Source of the DNA: Escherichia phage HK6 | Sequence record: PP724615.1 | Reading direction: 5' to 3' (one strand) | DNA: 64,000 nt | Shown: one piece after another, positions 1-8,986 of the stretch | Numbering within the stretch: position 1 is the stretch's first letter | Layout of the letters: each line of letters opens with the position of its first letter | Program-made: the position numbers and the translations under genes | The notes under the pieces: generated by a model | What the model saw: the letters and a program-made list of their open reading frames with translations, nothing else | Databases searched by the model: none | Told to the model about the DNA's origin: nothing

Positions 1-53
1 ATCCGCCCTCGAATGAGTTATAATAGTAGTCTTAGTTAGAGAAGGAGAGTATA

Positions 54-1928
54 ATGAATCGCAATGAAGAACTAAAGTATAAAGAAATGCAGGCGTTAAT
101 TAGAAACTGCAAAGAGATTATCGAAGGGTCAGCAGATGAAGAGCTGCTGTTTAATAATGCTAATAAACCCTCAGAACGTTTCCCTACACAAAGGGATATG
201 CTTGCAGGTGAGTTGAGTAAGTATCTGATTCTAGAAGAAATGCCAATTCAGATTCGAAATGCTCATATGATTGGGGATATTCATTTCCATGATGCTGATT
301 ATGCTGCATTAGGCATGACTAATTGTTGTCTGGTAGCTCTGGAAGATATGTTAAAGAATGGTATGAAGGTTGGTAATGCTGAAATTAGCACTCCAAACTC
401 TATTACCACTGCGGCGGCTATTACTGCTCAAATTATCACTCAGGTTAGCTCCCATCAGTATGGTGGTACTTCTGTAGATCGCCTTGATGAAGTATTAGCC
501 CCTTATGTTCGTAAATCCTATGACAAAAATCATGCGTTTGCAAAACGTTGGACTAAGGATGAAGCCAAAGCATCCGTAATGGCTACGGAGATGACTGAAA
601 AAGAAGTCTATGACGCTTGTCAGGGTTTAGAATATGAAATCAATACCATGTTCAACTCTAATGGTCAGAGTCCATTTATTACCTTTGGTTTTGGTCTAGG
701 AACTTCTTGGGAAGCACGTCTAGTACAGAAAGCAATACTGAAAGTACGCATGGATGGTTTAGGTATCAATAAACGTACAGCTATCTTCCCAAAACTGGTA
801 TTTGTACTTCGTGATGGTGTTAACATGAAACCAGGAGATGTTAATTATGACATCAAGAAGTTAGCTATGAAATGTACTGCTGAACGTATGTATCCAGATT
901 ATATCAGCTATGACAAGGTTGTAGAAGTTACTGGAGACTACAAAGTTTCTATGGGCTGCCGTTCATTCCTAGCTGCTACAGAAGATGGTGAAACTGCCGG
1001 TCGTAATAACTTAGGTGTTGTTTCTGTAAACTTGCCTAGAATTGCTATCGAAGCTGAAGGAAATATTGACCTATTCTTTGATTTGCTTGAGCTACGTGTG
1101 GATACAGCGTTAAAAGCATTGGAGTGGAGAGTTGATCGCTTAAAATACATTCAAGCTAAAGCTGCACCTATCCTCTATATGTCCGGAGCCTTTGGGTTAC
1201 GCTTGGGGCCTGATGAGTATGTGTTCGATCATTTCTATAACCGTGCTTCTGTATCTCTAGGGTATATTGGTTGCCATGAAATGCTACAGTTCATGTTTGG
1301 CAAAGATGTAGACACAATGTCCGAGACCTGCATCAAGTTTGTTCAGCGTGTATTGCAGTACATGCGGGATAGAGTCGATCAGAAGAAGGAAGAGACTAAG
1401 TTAGGTTATAGCTTGTATGCTACACCGTCAGAGTCCCTATGCGATAGGTTTTGCCGTTTAGATCGTGAATATTTCCCAGAGCATGAAGATATTCTGTCTA
1501 AAGGATACTACACTAACTCGCACCACCTTGATGTAGAACGTAAAGTTGCTCCCAATGTGAAATTTGATTATGAATCTAACTTTACTCCTATTGCTTCTGG
1601 TGGGTGCATTTCCTATGTAGAACTACCAGATATGAAACGATTCCCAGATGCACTGGAATGGGTTATTAATTATGCTGCTAGTAAAGTTCATTACTTCGGT
1701 ATTAATACTCCAGTGGATTCTTGTGGTAAATGTGGATTCTTAGGTGAAACAGTAGCATCCGAAGATGGGTTTAAGTGCCCTATCTGTGGTAATCATGACC
1801 CCGAAACTCTTGAAGTAACTCGTCGAGTTTGTGGGTATCTTGGAAATCCAGGTGCTCGTCCATTTAACCCCGGCAAACAGCACGAGGTAATGGGCAGAGT
1901 GAAGCATCAAGATATTCGAGCTAAGTAA
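54..1928 (+). CDS. nrdD: anaerobic ribonucleoside-triphosphate reductase (class III RNR), 624 aa
   Basis: ATG at 54 preceded by AGGAG; C-terminal glycyl-radical motif RVCGYLG and Zn-ribbon cysteines CGKCGF...CPICG typical of NrdD. Confidence 0.85.
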   Translation: MNRNEELKYKEMQALIRNCKEIIEGSADEELLFNNANKPSERFPTQRDMLAGELSKYLILEEMPIQIRNAHMIGDIHFHDADYAALGMTNCCLVALEDMLKNGMKVGNAEISTPNSITTAAAITAQIITQVSSHQYGGTSVDRLDEVLAPYVRKSYDKNHAFAKRWTKDEAKASVMATEMTEKEVYDACQGLEYEINTMFNSNGQSPFITFGFGLGTSWEARLVQKAILKVRMDGLGINKRTAIFPKLVFVLRDGVNMKPGDVNYDIKKLAMKCTAERMYPDYISYDKVVEVTGDYKVSMGCRSFLAATEDGETAGRNNLGVVSVNLPRIAIEAEGNIDLFFDLLELRVDTALKALEWRVDRLKYIQAKAAPILYMSGAFGLRLGPDEYVFDHFYNRASVSLGYIGCHEMLQFMFGKDVDTMSETCIKFVQRVLQYMRDRVDQKKEETKLGYSLYATPSESLCDRFCRLDREYFPEHEDILSKGYYTNSHHLDVERKVAPNVKFDYESNFTPIASGGCISYVELPDMKRFPDALEWVINYAASKVHYFGINTPVDSCGKCGFLGETVASEDGFKCPICGNHDPETLEVTRRVCGYLGNPGARPFNPGKQHEVMGRVKHQDIRAK

Positions 1929-1970
1929 GCTAATCAGCCGGGTTGCTAGTCGACCTGGCTTTTATTTTAT

Positions 1971-1999
1971 TTGCTTTCATCCAAAAATTTATATATAAT
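1971..1999 (+). promoter_or_regulatory. sigma70-type early promoter (TTGCTT-17-TATAAT) with downstream ATAAATTTGAGAGGAG element
   Basis: -35 TTGCTT 1971-1976, 17-nt spacer, -10 TATAAT 1994-1999, 28 nt upstream of ATG 2028; same architecture recurs at 8927, 11169, 21209 and 53777. Confidence 0.6.
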
Positions 2000-2027
2000 A
2001 GATTTATAAATTTGAGAGGAGAAAGAT

Positions 2028-2408
2028 ATGGAATTAAAGCCCTATATAGTTGAATCTACATGTGGTAGTTTCCATCTGGGTGTGGATGATATTGCTGAGG
2101 CTGTCTTTGCTGCTACAGGTGATTACTCGCATATAGAGGGTGTTGCATACCCTACCATTATTGGCGATTGGGTGGAAACAAATCTAGATGTATCGCCTTA
2201 TAACCCATATTGCTTGTTTGATGAAGACAGAGATGAAGTAAAATGTAATCTTGAATTTGTGTATAATAGAGTGTTAAAAGTATACCAACGTAGCCCCAAT
2301 GGGTACGAAGATATTACTTGGAGTATTAAACAGTATCTTAAAGATATATACTCTAGTTTTTCTGACGAAGACCTAGAAATAGTTGCAGTGGAGTTTAATA
2401 ATGACTAA
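2028..2408 (+). CDS. hypothetical acidic protein, 126 aa
   Basis: ORF with GAGAGGAG RBS 8 nt upstream, directly downstream of a strong promoter; D/E-rich; no recognisable motif. Confidence 0.6.
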   Translation: MELKPYIVESTCGSFHLGVDDIAEAVFAATGDYSHIEGVAYPTIIGDWVETNLDVSPYNPYCLFDEDRDEVKCNLEFVYNRVLKVYQRSPNGYEDITWSIKQYLKDIYSSFSDEDLEIVAVEFNND

Positions 2409-2607
2409 GAATGTGAAACACCTTAAATATCGCTTAATTTACAACGGACGTATGGAAACAGAAGATCTGGCCCAGTTAGCTATTAATTCTAAGGAGGTTA
2501 CAGTGCGTGCGCTGGCAATTGAAAAGTTGCGTGCCTCTTATGAAAATCGTGTTATGGAATTAGAGGAGAAACTTTATGGCATTCTCGAAGCCGATGCTAC
2601 CAGATAA
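2401..2607 (+). CDS. hypothetical protein, ~68 aa
   Basis: ATG at 2401 overlaps the stop of the upstream gene (TAATGA) with GGAG 8 nt upstream; the track ORF starts 18 nt earlier at 2383. Confidence 0.45.
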   Translation: MTKNVKHLKYRLIYNGRMETEDLAQLAINSKEVTVRALAIEKLRASYENRVMELEEKLYGILEADATR

Positions 2608-2797
2608 GGGTTTAAACGCCGCTTTGGAAAACGCATTAATGCAGCACTGGGAAACTGGCTATAAGGATGGTGTTGAATCCTGCGCTACTATGCTAGAAGT
2701 TATTGCTAATACCTTAATGGAGAAAGGCAATAAAGAATTAGCTGAGCTATTAGATAGTATTGGGCAAAACTTCAGAGAACAGGTGAAAAATGCGTAG
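2576..2797 (+). CDS. hypothetical protein, 73 aa
   Basis: ORF with GAGGAG RBS; overlapping start and stop with neighbours suggests translational coupling. Confidence 0.5.
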   Translation: MAFSKPMLPDKGLNAALENALMQHWETGYKDGVESCATMLEVIANTLMEKGNKELAELLDSIGQNFREQVKNA

Positions 2798-3626
2798 ATT
2801 AATTATTATTAGTGGTGCAGGTTTGAGTGTTGAAAGTGGTGTACGAGCTTTTCGTACTAATACTGCTAGCGGTAAAGCATTGTGGGATGATTATGATCTA
2901 GAAGAAGTATGTAATATTCATGCCTTTCGTGGTAATTTTTATCATAAAACCCATATGTTTTACAACAAGCGTCGTGAAGAGCTAAAAACTGTTGAACCCA
3001 ATCTTGCGCATTTGCGTATTGGTGAATGGTATAAACAATATCCAGGTCAAGTAGTAAACTTGACTACCAACGTTGATGACCTTATTGAGCGTGCTGGCGT
3101 TTCACATAGTGACATTCTGCACATTCACGGATATTTAAAAGAGGTTGTTGTAGCTGATAGCTACAATAGTAGCAATAAACGGATTATTGATGTAGGATAC
3201 AGTTCTATCGATCCGGATGATTATAAATGGGTTAAACCTAATGTAATCTTCTTTGGAGAGCATGCTCCAGCATATGCAGAAATGTACAATGTTTTTGATG
3301 GTATTACCAGTCAAGATATGATTGTTGTGGTTGGTTGTTCTAACCAAGTAATTAACTTCTACTGGGAATTATTTCCTGTTCTTAATTTGACTGCTGCGAA
3401 ACTTATGGTTGTTAACTACCATGATAGTGCCCTCGCAGCGGAACCGGGCTATCAAGGTATGACTCGTAGTGAGATGTACCAGCTGGAGGAACGCGGTATC
3501 CCTTACTGGAGTAAAGGTGCGGTAGATGCTTTCAGTGACCCTGATTTTATTGCTCGTGTAGAAGCTCATTTAGAGGGTAGACCTTATGTGTTGAGAAGCA
3601 AGGGAAACAGATATGTCCATAGTTAA
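2790..3626 (+). CDS. Sir2-like (sirtuin-family) NAD-binding protein, 278 aa
   Basis: N-terminal GAGLSVESGVRAFR matches the sirtuin signature GAGxSxxSGIPxFR; downstream HIHGYL (catalytic His) and PNVIFFGEHAP motifs; no CxxC Zn-binding pairs. Confidence 0.6.
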   Translation: MRRLIIISGAGLSVESGVRAFRTNTASGKALWDDYDLEEVCNIHAFRGNFYHKTHMFYNKRREELKTVEPNLAHLRIGEWYKQYPGQVVNLTTNVDDLIERAGVSHSDILHIHGYLKEVVVADSYNSSNKRIIDVGYSSIDPDDYKWVKPNVIFFGEHAPAYAEMYNVFDGITSQDMIVVVGCSNQVINFYWELFPVLNLTAAKLMVVNYHDSALAAEPGYQGMTRSEMYQLEERGIPYWSKGAVDAFSDPDFIARVEAHLEGRPYVLRSKGNRYVHS

Positions 3627-3795
3627 ATCTGTATATACACATCCCGATGACATATTTGTATGGGCAGATGGTAGTTGGTGCTATCGATGTGAGTTATGGG
3701 AAATGGACTATAAATCCGATGACTATGGCGTCATATATGTTGATACGGTTGAGTATGATACGTTCTTAGAAAGGAACAAAAATGGAAATAAGTAA
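3613..3795 (+). CDS. hypothetical protein, 60 aa
   Basis: ORF overlapping neighbours in an operon-like arrangement; Trp/Tyr/Asp-rich; no motif. Confidence 0.4.
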   Translation: MSIVKSVYTHPDDIFVWADGSWCYRCELWEMDYKSDDYGVIYVDTVEYDTFLERNKNGNK

Positions 3796-4288
3796 TACTC
3801 CAATTATTTTTCTAGATATTGATGGGGTGCTCAATTCGAGCATCTCCCACCATCATGCACCTGATAATGAAAAGATTTTCTTTGGAAGTGACTGGGTTTT
3901 CAAACCGCTTCTCAAGGCTTTTCAGGATTTTATTCGTCCTTCTCCGATAATGATTGTTGGAGTATCCTCATGGTTCTCTGTCAGGAATGAGATGGAAAAC
4001 GTTCAGATTATGACCGGATTAGGTCTTATCGATCGTTTTCTTGGTACAACGGATTTTACTGGGGGTGGATTATCTAGGGGTAATTCTGTTCTTCGCTTCG
4101 TTGAAAAGCATAAGCTCAAACATTGGTGTGTGCTTGATGATGCTGGTGCTATGATGTATCAGTATCCAACGGTTATAGTCAACGGTAGGACTGGGATAAA
4201 TCTTCAAGATTTAAAAGCTGTTAGCTATATGCTAGAATTTAGCCCAGATCTTGAAATGTGTAAATCCTTACAACAATTTAAGGTGTAA
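3782..4288 (+). CDS. HAD-superfamily phosphatase-like protein, 168 aa
   Basis: Motif I IIFLDIDGVLNS (hhhDxDGxL) at the N-terminus and motif IV CVLDDAG; RBS AAAGGAA. Confidence 0.55.
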   Translation: MEISNTPIIFLDIDGVLNSSISHHHAPDNEKIFFGSDWVFKPLLKAFQDFIRPSPIMIVGVSSWFSVRNEMENVQIMTGLGLIDRFLGTTDFTGGGLSRGNSVLRFVEKHKLKHWCVLDDAGAMMYQYPTVIVNGRTGINLQDLKAVSYMLEFSPDLEMCKSLQQFKV

Positions 4289-4290
4289 AT

Positions 4291-4719
4291 ATGTTCAATA
4301 ATGTATTCTCTAAAGAAGCTAACCCAATTTTGGTTAACTTTTGGCGTACTCTCCCAGCTAGCCTGTATAATGAGGCTATTAACTCCTTGAAAATATGGTG
4401 TGAGAATAATGAAATCTCCTTTGCTTTTAAAGATGATATTGATGAGGCCCCCTGTATTGGTTTAATTGTTCAGGTAGAGGAGGGTCTTGAGGAGATTGTC
4501 GGCTGGAAAGAGTTAGATGAAATAGGCTTAGTTTTTGCGTTAAACTATAAGCTGTTTATGCCTGCTAAGCATCGCCTCGTTGTTAACTATAAAACTAGTG
4601 AATCTCCTGGTTTTCAAGTTAATGAACGTTACGGTTGGTCTTACTTACCGGAAGAAGTAAATGATGGTATCCAAAAACTTCGCCGTTTTGGTTATCAAAT
4701 TCCGGGTTTAACTGCTTAA
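4291..4719 (+). CDS. hypothetical protein, paralog A of a tandem pair, 142 aa
   Basis: AAGGTG RBS; shares PCIG...GW.ELD/S..GL..ALN and R.G...PGL segments with the next ORF. Confidence 0.6.
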   Translation: MFNNVFSKEANPILVNFWRTLPASLYNEAINSLKIWCENNEISFAFKDDIDEAPCIGLIVQVEEGLEEIVGWKELDEIGLVFALNYKLFMPAKHRLVVNYKTSESPGFQVNERYGWSYLPEEVNDGIQKLRRFGYQIPGLTA

Positions 4720-4728
4720 GGAGGAAGA

Positions 4729-5121
4729 ATGGAACAAGTATATTGGCGTCAGATTGACCCTAGTTTGGTGAAGCGTGCGGAAAAGCTGCTACAACGTTGG
4801 TTAGGGGTAAGGCAAGCCTCCTTCACTTTTCCGGAGCAGCAAACGGATGATCCCTGCATTGGCGTTTTCCTGTCTGGATATGCCGGGGAATGGGAGATGG
4901 ACTGGAATGAATTGTCAGCTATGGGTTTAATTGTTGCCCTAAACTTCTCTATATTCCATCCACGTGGTTTGGCCATATGTCGCGTGCCTGATGACGGTTG
5001 TTCGCCCCATCTTTTACAGGTGGAAAATGATATTTGGGAGTACACTCCAGATATTCTCGCAGAAGCTAAAGAACAATTAAATCGTGTTGGGATTTATGTT
5101 CCGGGATTAAATGATGAATAA
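4729..5121 (+). CDS. hypothetical protein, paralog B of a tandem pair, 130 aa
   Basis: AGGAGG RBS; sequence similarity to ORF 4291-4719 (DDPCIGVFL, MGLIVALN, GIYVPGLND). Confidence 0.6.
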   Translation: MEQVYWRQIDPSLVKRAEKLLQRWLGVRQASFTFPEQQTDDPCIGVFLSGYAGEWEMDWNELSAMGLIVALNFSIFHPRGLAICRVPDDGCSPHLLQVENDIWEYTPDILAEAKEQLNRVGIYVPGLNDE

Positions 5122-5308
5122 GGAATTTTGGAAAATAAAAGGGAAGATTTCTAAGTGGAATACTACAGGGAAAATTAGTAAGTCTCTAGAGATAGAGATA
5201 GCTAGAATGTTTACTGATCCTAATTTTGATATAGAAAAACTAAGCAAAGTAGATGCTAAAAAAGTAGATAAGTATATAGAAGAGATTAGAAGTATTTTAA
5301 GTGTCTAA
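5111..5308 (+). CDS. hypothetical Lys-rich protein, 65 aa
   Basis: ORF overlapping the upstream stop; followed by an intrinsic terminator. Confidence 0.45.
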   Translation: MMNKEFWKIKGKISKWNTTGKISKSLEIEIARMFTDPNFDIEKLSKVDAKKVDKYIEEIRSILSV

Positions 5309-5315
5309 TCCACGT

Positions 5316-5342
5316 AACCGAGTCATTTTGGCTCGGTTTTAT
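5316..5342 (+). terminator. rho-independent terminator
   Basis: Hairpin CCGAGTCATTTTGGCTCGG followed by TTTT. Confidence 0.55.
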
Positions 5343-5384
5343 CCGTACTCAAGACCAATGATAGCACCATCCGGAAAATTTTAC

Positions 5385-5413
5385 TTGCAGGATGCCCAAA
5401 ATCTTGATATAAT
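5385..5413 (+). promoter_or_regulatory. sigma70-type promoter (TTGCAG-17-TATAAT)
   Basis: -35 TTGCAG 5385-5390, -10 TATAAT 5408-5413, followed by ATTTATATTGAATTGAGAGA resembling the downstream element of the other early promoters. Confidence 0.45.
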
Positions 5414-5911
5414 ATTTATATTGAATTGAGAGACATTAGTAAAAATTGATTTTGCTAATTTTTCTTGTTTACAATCCGCGATACGGAACAGTTAGGCTGC
5501 CCCATTAAGGGTTGTTTTAACTGTTACGTGTTAGTTTTTAAACAAATAGTTAATAGAATACTTAGCGATCTACATCCCGTAGGAACCCTGGTAAGGCCTC
5601 GAAGCAACCTAGTGTGAGGTGGTTGTGAAGTGAGACGGGAAGAGTGAAAAACTCTGAGAAGTGATGACGTAAGGTATACTGCATCTAGTATGAGCTAGTA
5701 CATGAAGCATTAGGTGAGCAAATCTGGCTTAGCGGCCATCCTCAAGGATTTGTGCGGTATAGTGAAGCGGCAGTGTAGCGTGAAAGGGGAAGTTGCCACC
5801 CCCCTTCAGTATTTGCGATTAATTGTTGAGAAATTGACAGTAACAGTTGTTCTATTCTTTCTGAATAGTCCTAAAGAAAACTTATTTCATTTCCAACACA
5901 GGAGTATTGTT

Positions 5912-8701
5912 GTGTTCTCAATCCTACAAGGTCATGCAGGATTTCATCGCGACTTAGCCACAGGCATTTGGCGAGAAGTTAAAGCAGAAGACTATCTTTT
6001 TGCTAAAAGATTTTCCTCAAAGCATCCTGAAGGTAAACCAGCTTCAATGCCCTTCAAGTTTGATGTAATTGATGAAGTTGATCCTCAAACCCTAGTAGAA
6101 ATGCTCCCTCTTATGAGACGTTTAACGTCTGACCCTCATATCGTTGCGGTACGAGGTCGATGTCTTGCACCCAAAAATAACGTGCGGCGTAAGAAGGGCA
6201 ACTTTAATGTATCTAACCCAAGTCATATAATTGCATTGGACGTGGATGGTATTGTAGATACAGGTGGTTGTAACAAGTTTGATCTTGTTGGCATGGCTCG
6301 ACATATTATTAGGATGTTAAATAGTATTAGTGAGGATATGTTTCCTCTTGATGCAGGGTTTATTGCTCATGCATCGTCTTCGGCTGGGCTAAAACCAGGT
6401 ATCCGAATGCACTTAATACTAGAATCTAATGTTAAAGTAACTCAGGGTCAAATCAAATTCTTATTTACATCTATCAACGAAAGTAGTAGACAAAAGTATG
6501 GCTTTGATATTGCCGACTTAGCTTATTACTCTTCCGTACAGCTCCATTATTTTGCAGATCCGTTATTTACCGATGGTATAGTAGATCCGTTTAAAGCGGA
6601 GGGTGCCTCACGTCTGGTATTTGTTAAGGGTTCTAAAGTAAATTTACCTAATAATCTGGTTGACTATGAAACAACTAGAGGTGAGTTTAAAGAGGAGTTC
6701 TACTCTTTACTCGACCAAATTAAGGGTAAAAAAGCTGCCTCTGATAAAGTAGAGGAAACTATCAGCGAACTAGAAGAAGCTGAGGATGGAGTGTACCTAC
6801 GTATTATACCTAAACTCTATCATAGAGCTTTGGAGGATGGTGTTGATTTTGCATGGCTAGAAAAAGAAATCCGTCCAGCCTTATCAGAATATATTGCAAC
6901 TAAAGATAATAGTCGCAATATTCAAGATTACTTTAATAACGGTCGTAAGCAGGCTCTAAAAGCATTTGTTAATAATTCTAAACGTGATATACCTGATGTT
7001 TTAAAAGGTATTCCACTTAAAAAGCTAGAAACTAACTCTCTAGAAACTGATAACTTCTTGAAATTAAATACTGTACCACCAGAAGGTTATATGACTTTTG
7101 TAAAAGCAAGTCTAGGTACAGGTAAAACTACGGCGGTTGTGCGTTGGTTAGATTCAGGAGTTATTAAAGGTAATTTCTTAGCAATTACCAATACTCGAGC
7201 ACTGGTATCTTCAAATGCTAAGAAATTTAGTGCAGGACAATATGATAAGTCTGTAGATATGCTTAATTTTAAGCGTGGCGCTATTGACCGTATGTCCACA
7301 ACTATACATTCTTTGCATAAGTTCAAGAGTTTTATTGGTCAAATTGATGCAATCTTTATCGATGAATGTGATGCTGTAATGAATGACCTATTATTCGCCC
7401 CGGTTGTTAAACAACGTCGTGAATGTATTCAGGTTCTTCGGGATATTCTTGCAACTGCAAAAATCATTATATTATCTGATGGGGATATTAGTGCAGAAAC
7501 AATTGAAGCATACGGTTCTTTGATTGAGTTTGATAAACCAGTAGCATTTTATAATCATCACCGTAAGATGCTGTCAAAAGCTCATGCTTATGAGTTCCCT
7601 GACGAATCCAGTATTTGGGTTGCACTTCAGACTTCTCTAGAGATGGGTGAGAAATCTATCCTAGTATCTGACTGTGGTCCAGATGAACTGAATGAGAAGG
7701 GCATGGCGTTGCGTCGTAATACGGGTGCGTTAGTTAAGGAAATCCACTCAAACTCTACGTCTGATGTAGATATTCGACGTATTCTGGATTACACAACTAA
7801 TGAGTTAATTGACCAACAAATTGATTGCTTATTATGTAGCCCATCCGTAACGAGCGGTGTTGACTTTAACTATTTTGATAACGTATTCGTTATTACTAGG
7901 ACCAGTAACCAAGCGCCAAACATGCGTTTTCAAGCAATCAGGCGCGACCGTGGCGCTCAGAACATTTATTATTTTATTGATAAATCTACGAGTGGATTCT
8001 CCGCAGGTTCTGAGCAATATAACATTGACGAGGGTTGGCTGGAGTTAGCACAGCAATTATACGCACGTCGCAGAGAGCTGGAATCTAGGAACTATACTAG
8101 TACTTTACGTTACTATTTGCTTGATCAGGGTGCAACTATTGATATTTTCAGTGAAAGCTGGGGAACTATCGAAGGTGCGGGGAAAGAATATACAGAAGAG
8201 CGAATCAAAGCCATTTTGTATTCAACCCCTGATTATTGTGCTCCACGCCATGCAGATGCGTATGAAGCTAAACTACTTCTTGTACGCTATTATCATCTTG
8301 AGTCTATTAAAGATGTAACAGTTGAGCATGTTGAACAATATATCAAGGATAAACCGAATGATCGAGCTGCATTCTTCCATAAGATGCACGAGATGTTCTG
8401 GGAAGATATTAAGAAGTGTTCAAATGTCACTATCAAACCATTCATAGAAGCTCTGAAAGGTAAGAAGAAAGATTTCTTCCTTAAAACAGGTCAGAGTGCT
8501 AACCCAAAATATGCAAGAATGTATCTTGGTATGATGGGTATTGGTAAGGATATGAACACGGAGAATATTGTAGACTGGTACAGAACCTATTGTAAAATCG
8601 AGTGTATGCCAATCCCATATAAGTTTATGACTGATGAGGAGAAACATATGCATGATGAAGCAATGGCAGAGCTAGGTGCTAGAAATGACAGTGAAGAATA
8701 A
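5912..8701 (+). CDS. replication-associated P-loop helicase (replication-origin-binding-protein-like), ~930 aa
   Basis: Walker A ASLGTGKTTAV, Walker B IFIDECDAV and later LLCSPSVTSGVDF; proposed start is GTG 5912 with AGGAG 7 nt upstream; the track start at 5714 is an in-frame GTG without RBS, and ATG 6047 is an alternative. Confidence 0.6.
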   Translation: MFSILQGHAGFHRDLATGIWREVKAEDYLFAKRFSSKHPEGKPASMPFKFDVIDEVDPQTLVEMLPLMRRLTSDPHIVAVRGRCLAPKNNVRRKKGNFNVSNPSHIIALDVDGIVDTGGCNKFDLVGMARHIIRMLNSISEDMFPLDAGFIAHASSSAGLKPGIRMHLILESNVKVTQGQIKFLFTSINESSRQKYGFDIADLAYYSSVQLHYFADPLFTDGIVDPFKAEGASRLVFVKGSKVNLPNNLVDYETTRGEFKEEFYSLLDQIKGKKAASDKVEETISELEEAEDGVYLRIIPKLYHRALEDGVDFAWLEKEIRPALSEYIATKDNSRNIQDYFNNGRKQALKAFVNNSKRDIPDVLKGIPLKKLETNSLETDNFLKLNTVPPEGYMTFVKASLGTGKTTAVVRWLDSGVIKGNFLAITNTRALVSSNAKKFSAGQYDKSVDMLNFKRGAIDRMSTTIHSLHKFKSFIGQIDAIFIDECDAVMNDLLFAPVVKQRRECIQVLRDILATAKIIILSDGDISAETIEAYGSLIEFDKPVAFYNHHRKMLSKAHAYEFPDESSIWVALQTSLEMGEKSILVSDCGPDELNEKGMALRRNTGALVKEIHSNSTSDVDIRRILDYTTNELIDQQIDCLLCSPSVTSGVDFNYFDNVFVITRTSNQAPNMRFQAIRRDRGAQNIYYFIDKSTSGFSAGSEQYNIDEGWLELAQQLYARRRELESRNYTSTLRYYLLDQGATIDIFSESWGTIEGAGKEYTEERIKAILYSTPDYCAPRHADAYEAKLLLVRYYHLESIKDVTVEHVEQYIKDKPNDRAAFFHKMHEMFWEDIKKCSNVTIKPFIEALKGKKKDFFLKTGQSANPKYARMYLGMMGIGKDMNTENIVDWYRTYCKIECMPIPYKFMTDEEKHMHDEAMAELGARNDSEE

Positions 8702-8918
8702 AAAATGGGAAACAAGGAAGTTCCCAGTAAAAGAACGTAAAGTTCCTGTTTACGACACTTCGGAAAAGCTATGTAGGGTAGTACCGCATAGATTAGCTGG
8801 CATCCCTAACATATCCGAGTGGTTACTTAAACAACGGAAAACAAACGTGTCTCTTCGTATCGGCTTTGAGTTAGATAAAGTCTACGCTGAACTTGCTTCT
8901 TTGCTCAAGGAATCGTAA
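8676..8918 (+). CDS. hypothetical protein, 80 aa
   Basis: ORF overlapping the 3' end of the helicase gene; start uncertain. Confidence 0.35.
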   Translation: MLEMTVKNKKWETRKFPVKERKVPVYDTSEKLCRVVPHRLAGIPNISEWLLKQRKTNVSLRIGFELDKVYAELASLLKES

Positions 8919-8926
8919 AAATTTAT

Positions 8927-8955
8927 TTGCTTTCAGGAAAATTTTTCTGTATAAT
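8927..8955 (+). promoter_or_regulatory. strong early promoter, matches the classic T5 PN25 promoter as I recall it
   Basis: AAAATTTATTTGCTTTCAGGAAAATTTTTCTGTATAATAGATTCATAAATTTGAGAGAGGAG; -35 TTGCTT 8927-8932, 17-nt spacer, -10 TATAAT 8950-8955. Confidence 0.7.
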
Positions 8956-8986
8956 AGATTCATAAATTTGAGAGAGGAGTTTAAAT

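Noticed and set aside
938-1150. Antisense 70-aa ORF inside nrdD; the same pattern applies to many other track ORFs lying opposite long genes (e.g. 3135-3347, 3369-3569, 6122-6304, 7087-7326, 13420-13929, 17226-17504, 18333-18755, 21605-22285, 24814-25392, 45792-46319, 52699-52989, 57397-57642)
   Set aside because: Fully embedded in well-supported genes on the other strand, no RBS, composition consistent with shadow ORFs
5450-5710. Possible tRNA or other structured RNA gene in the long leader
   Set aside because: No cloverleaf with a GTTC-type T-loop or anticodon arm could be drawn by eye; left as an unexplained structured leader rather than an RNA gene call
5714-5911. Track start of the 995-aa helicase ORF at GTG 5714
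   Set aside because: No RBS, and the first 66 codons look like translated non-coding sequence; GTG 5912 has an AGGAG 7 nt upstream (ATG 6047 remains possible)
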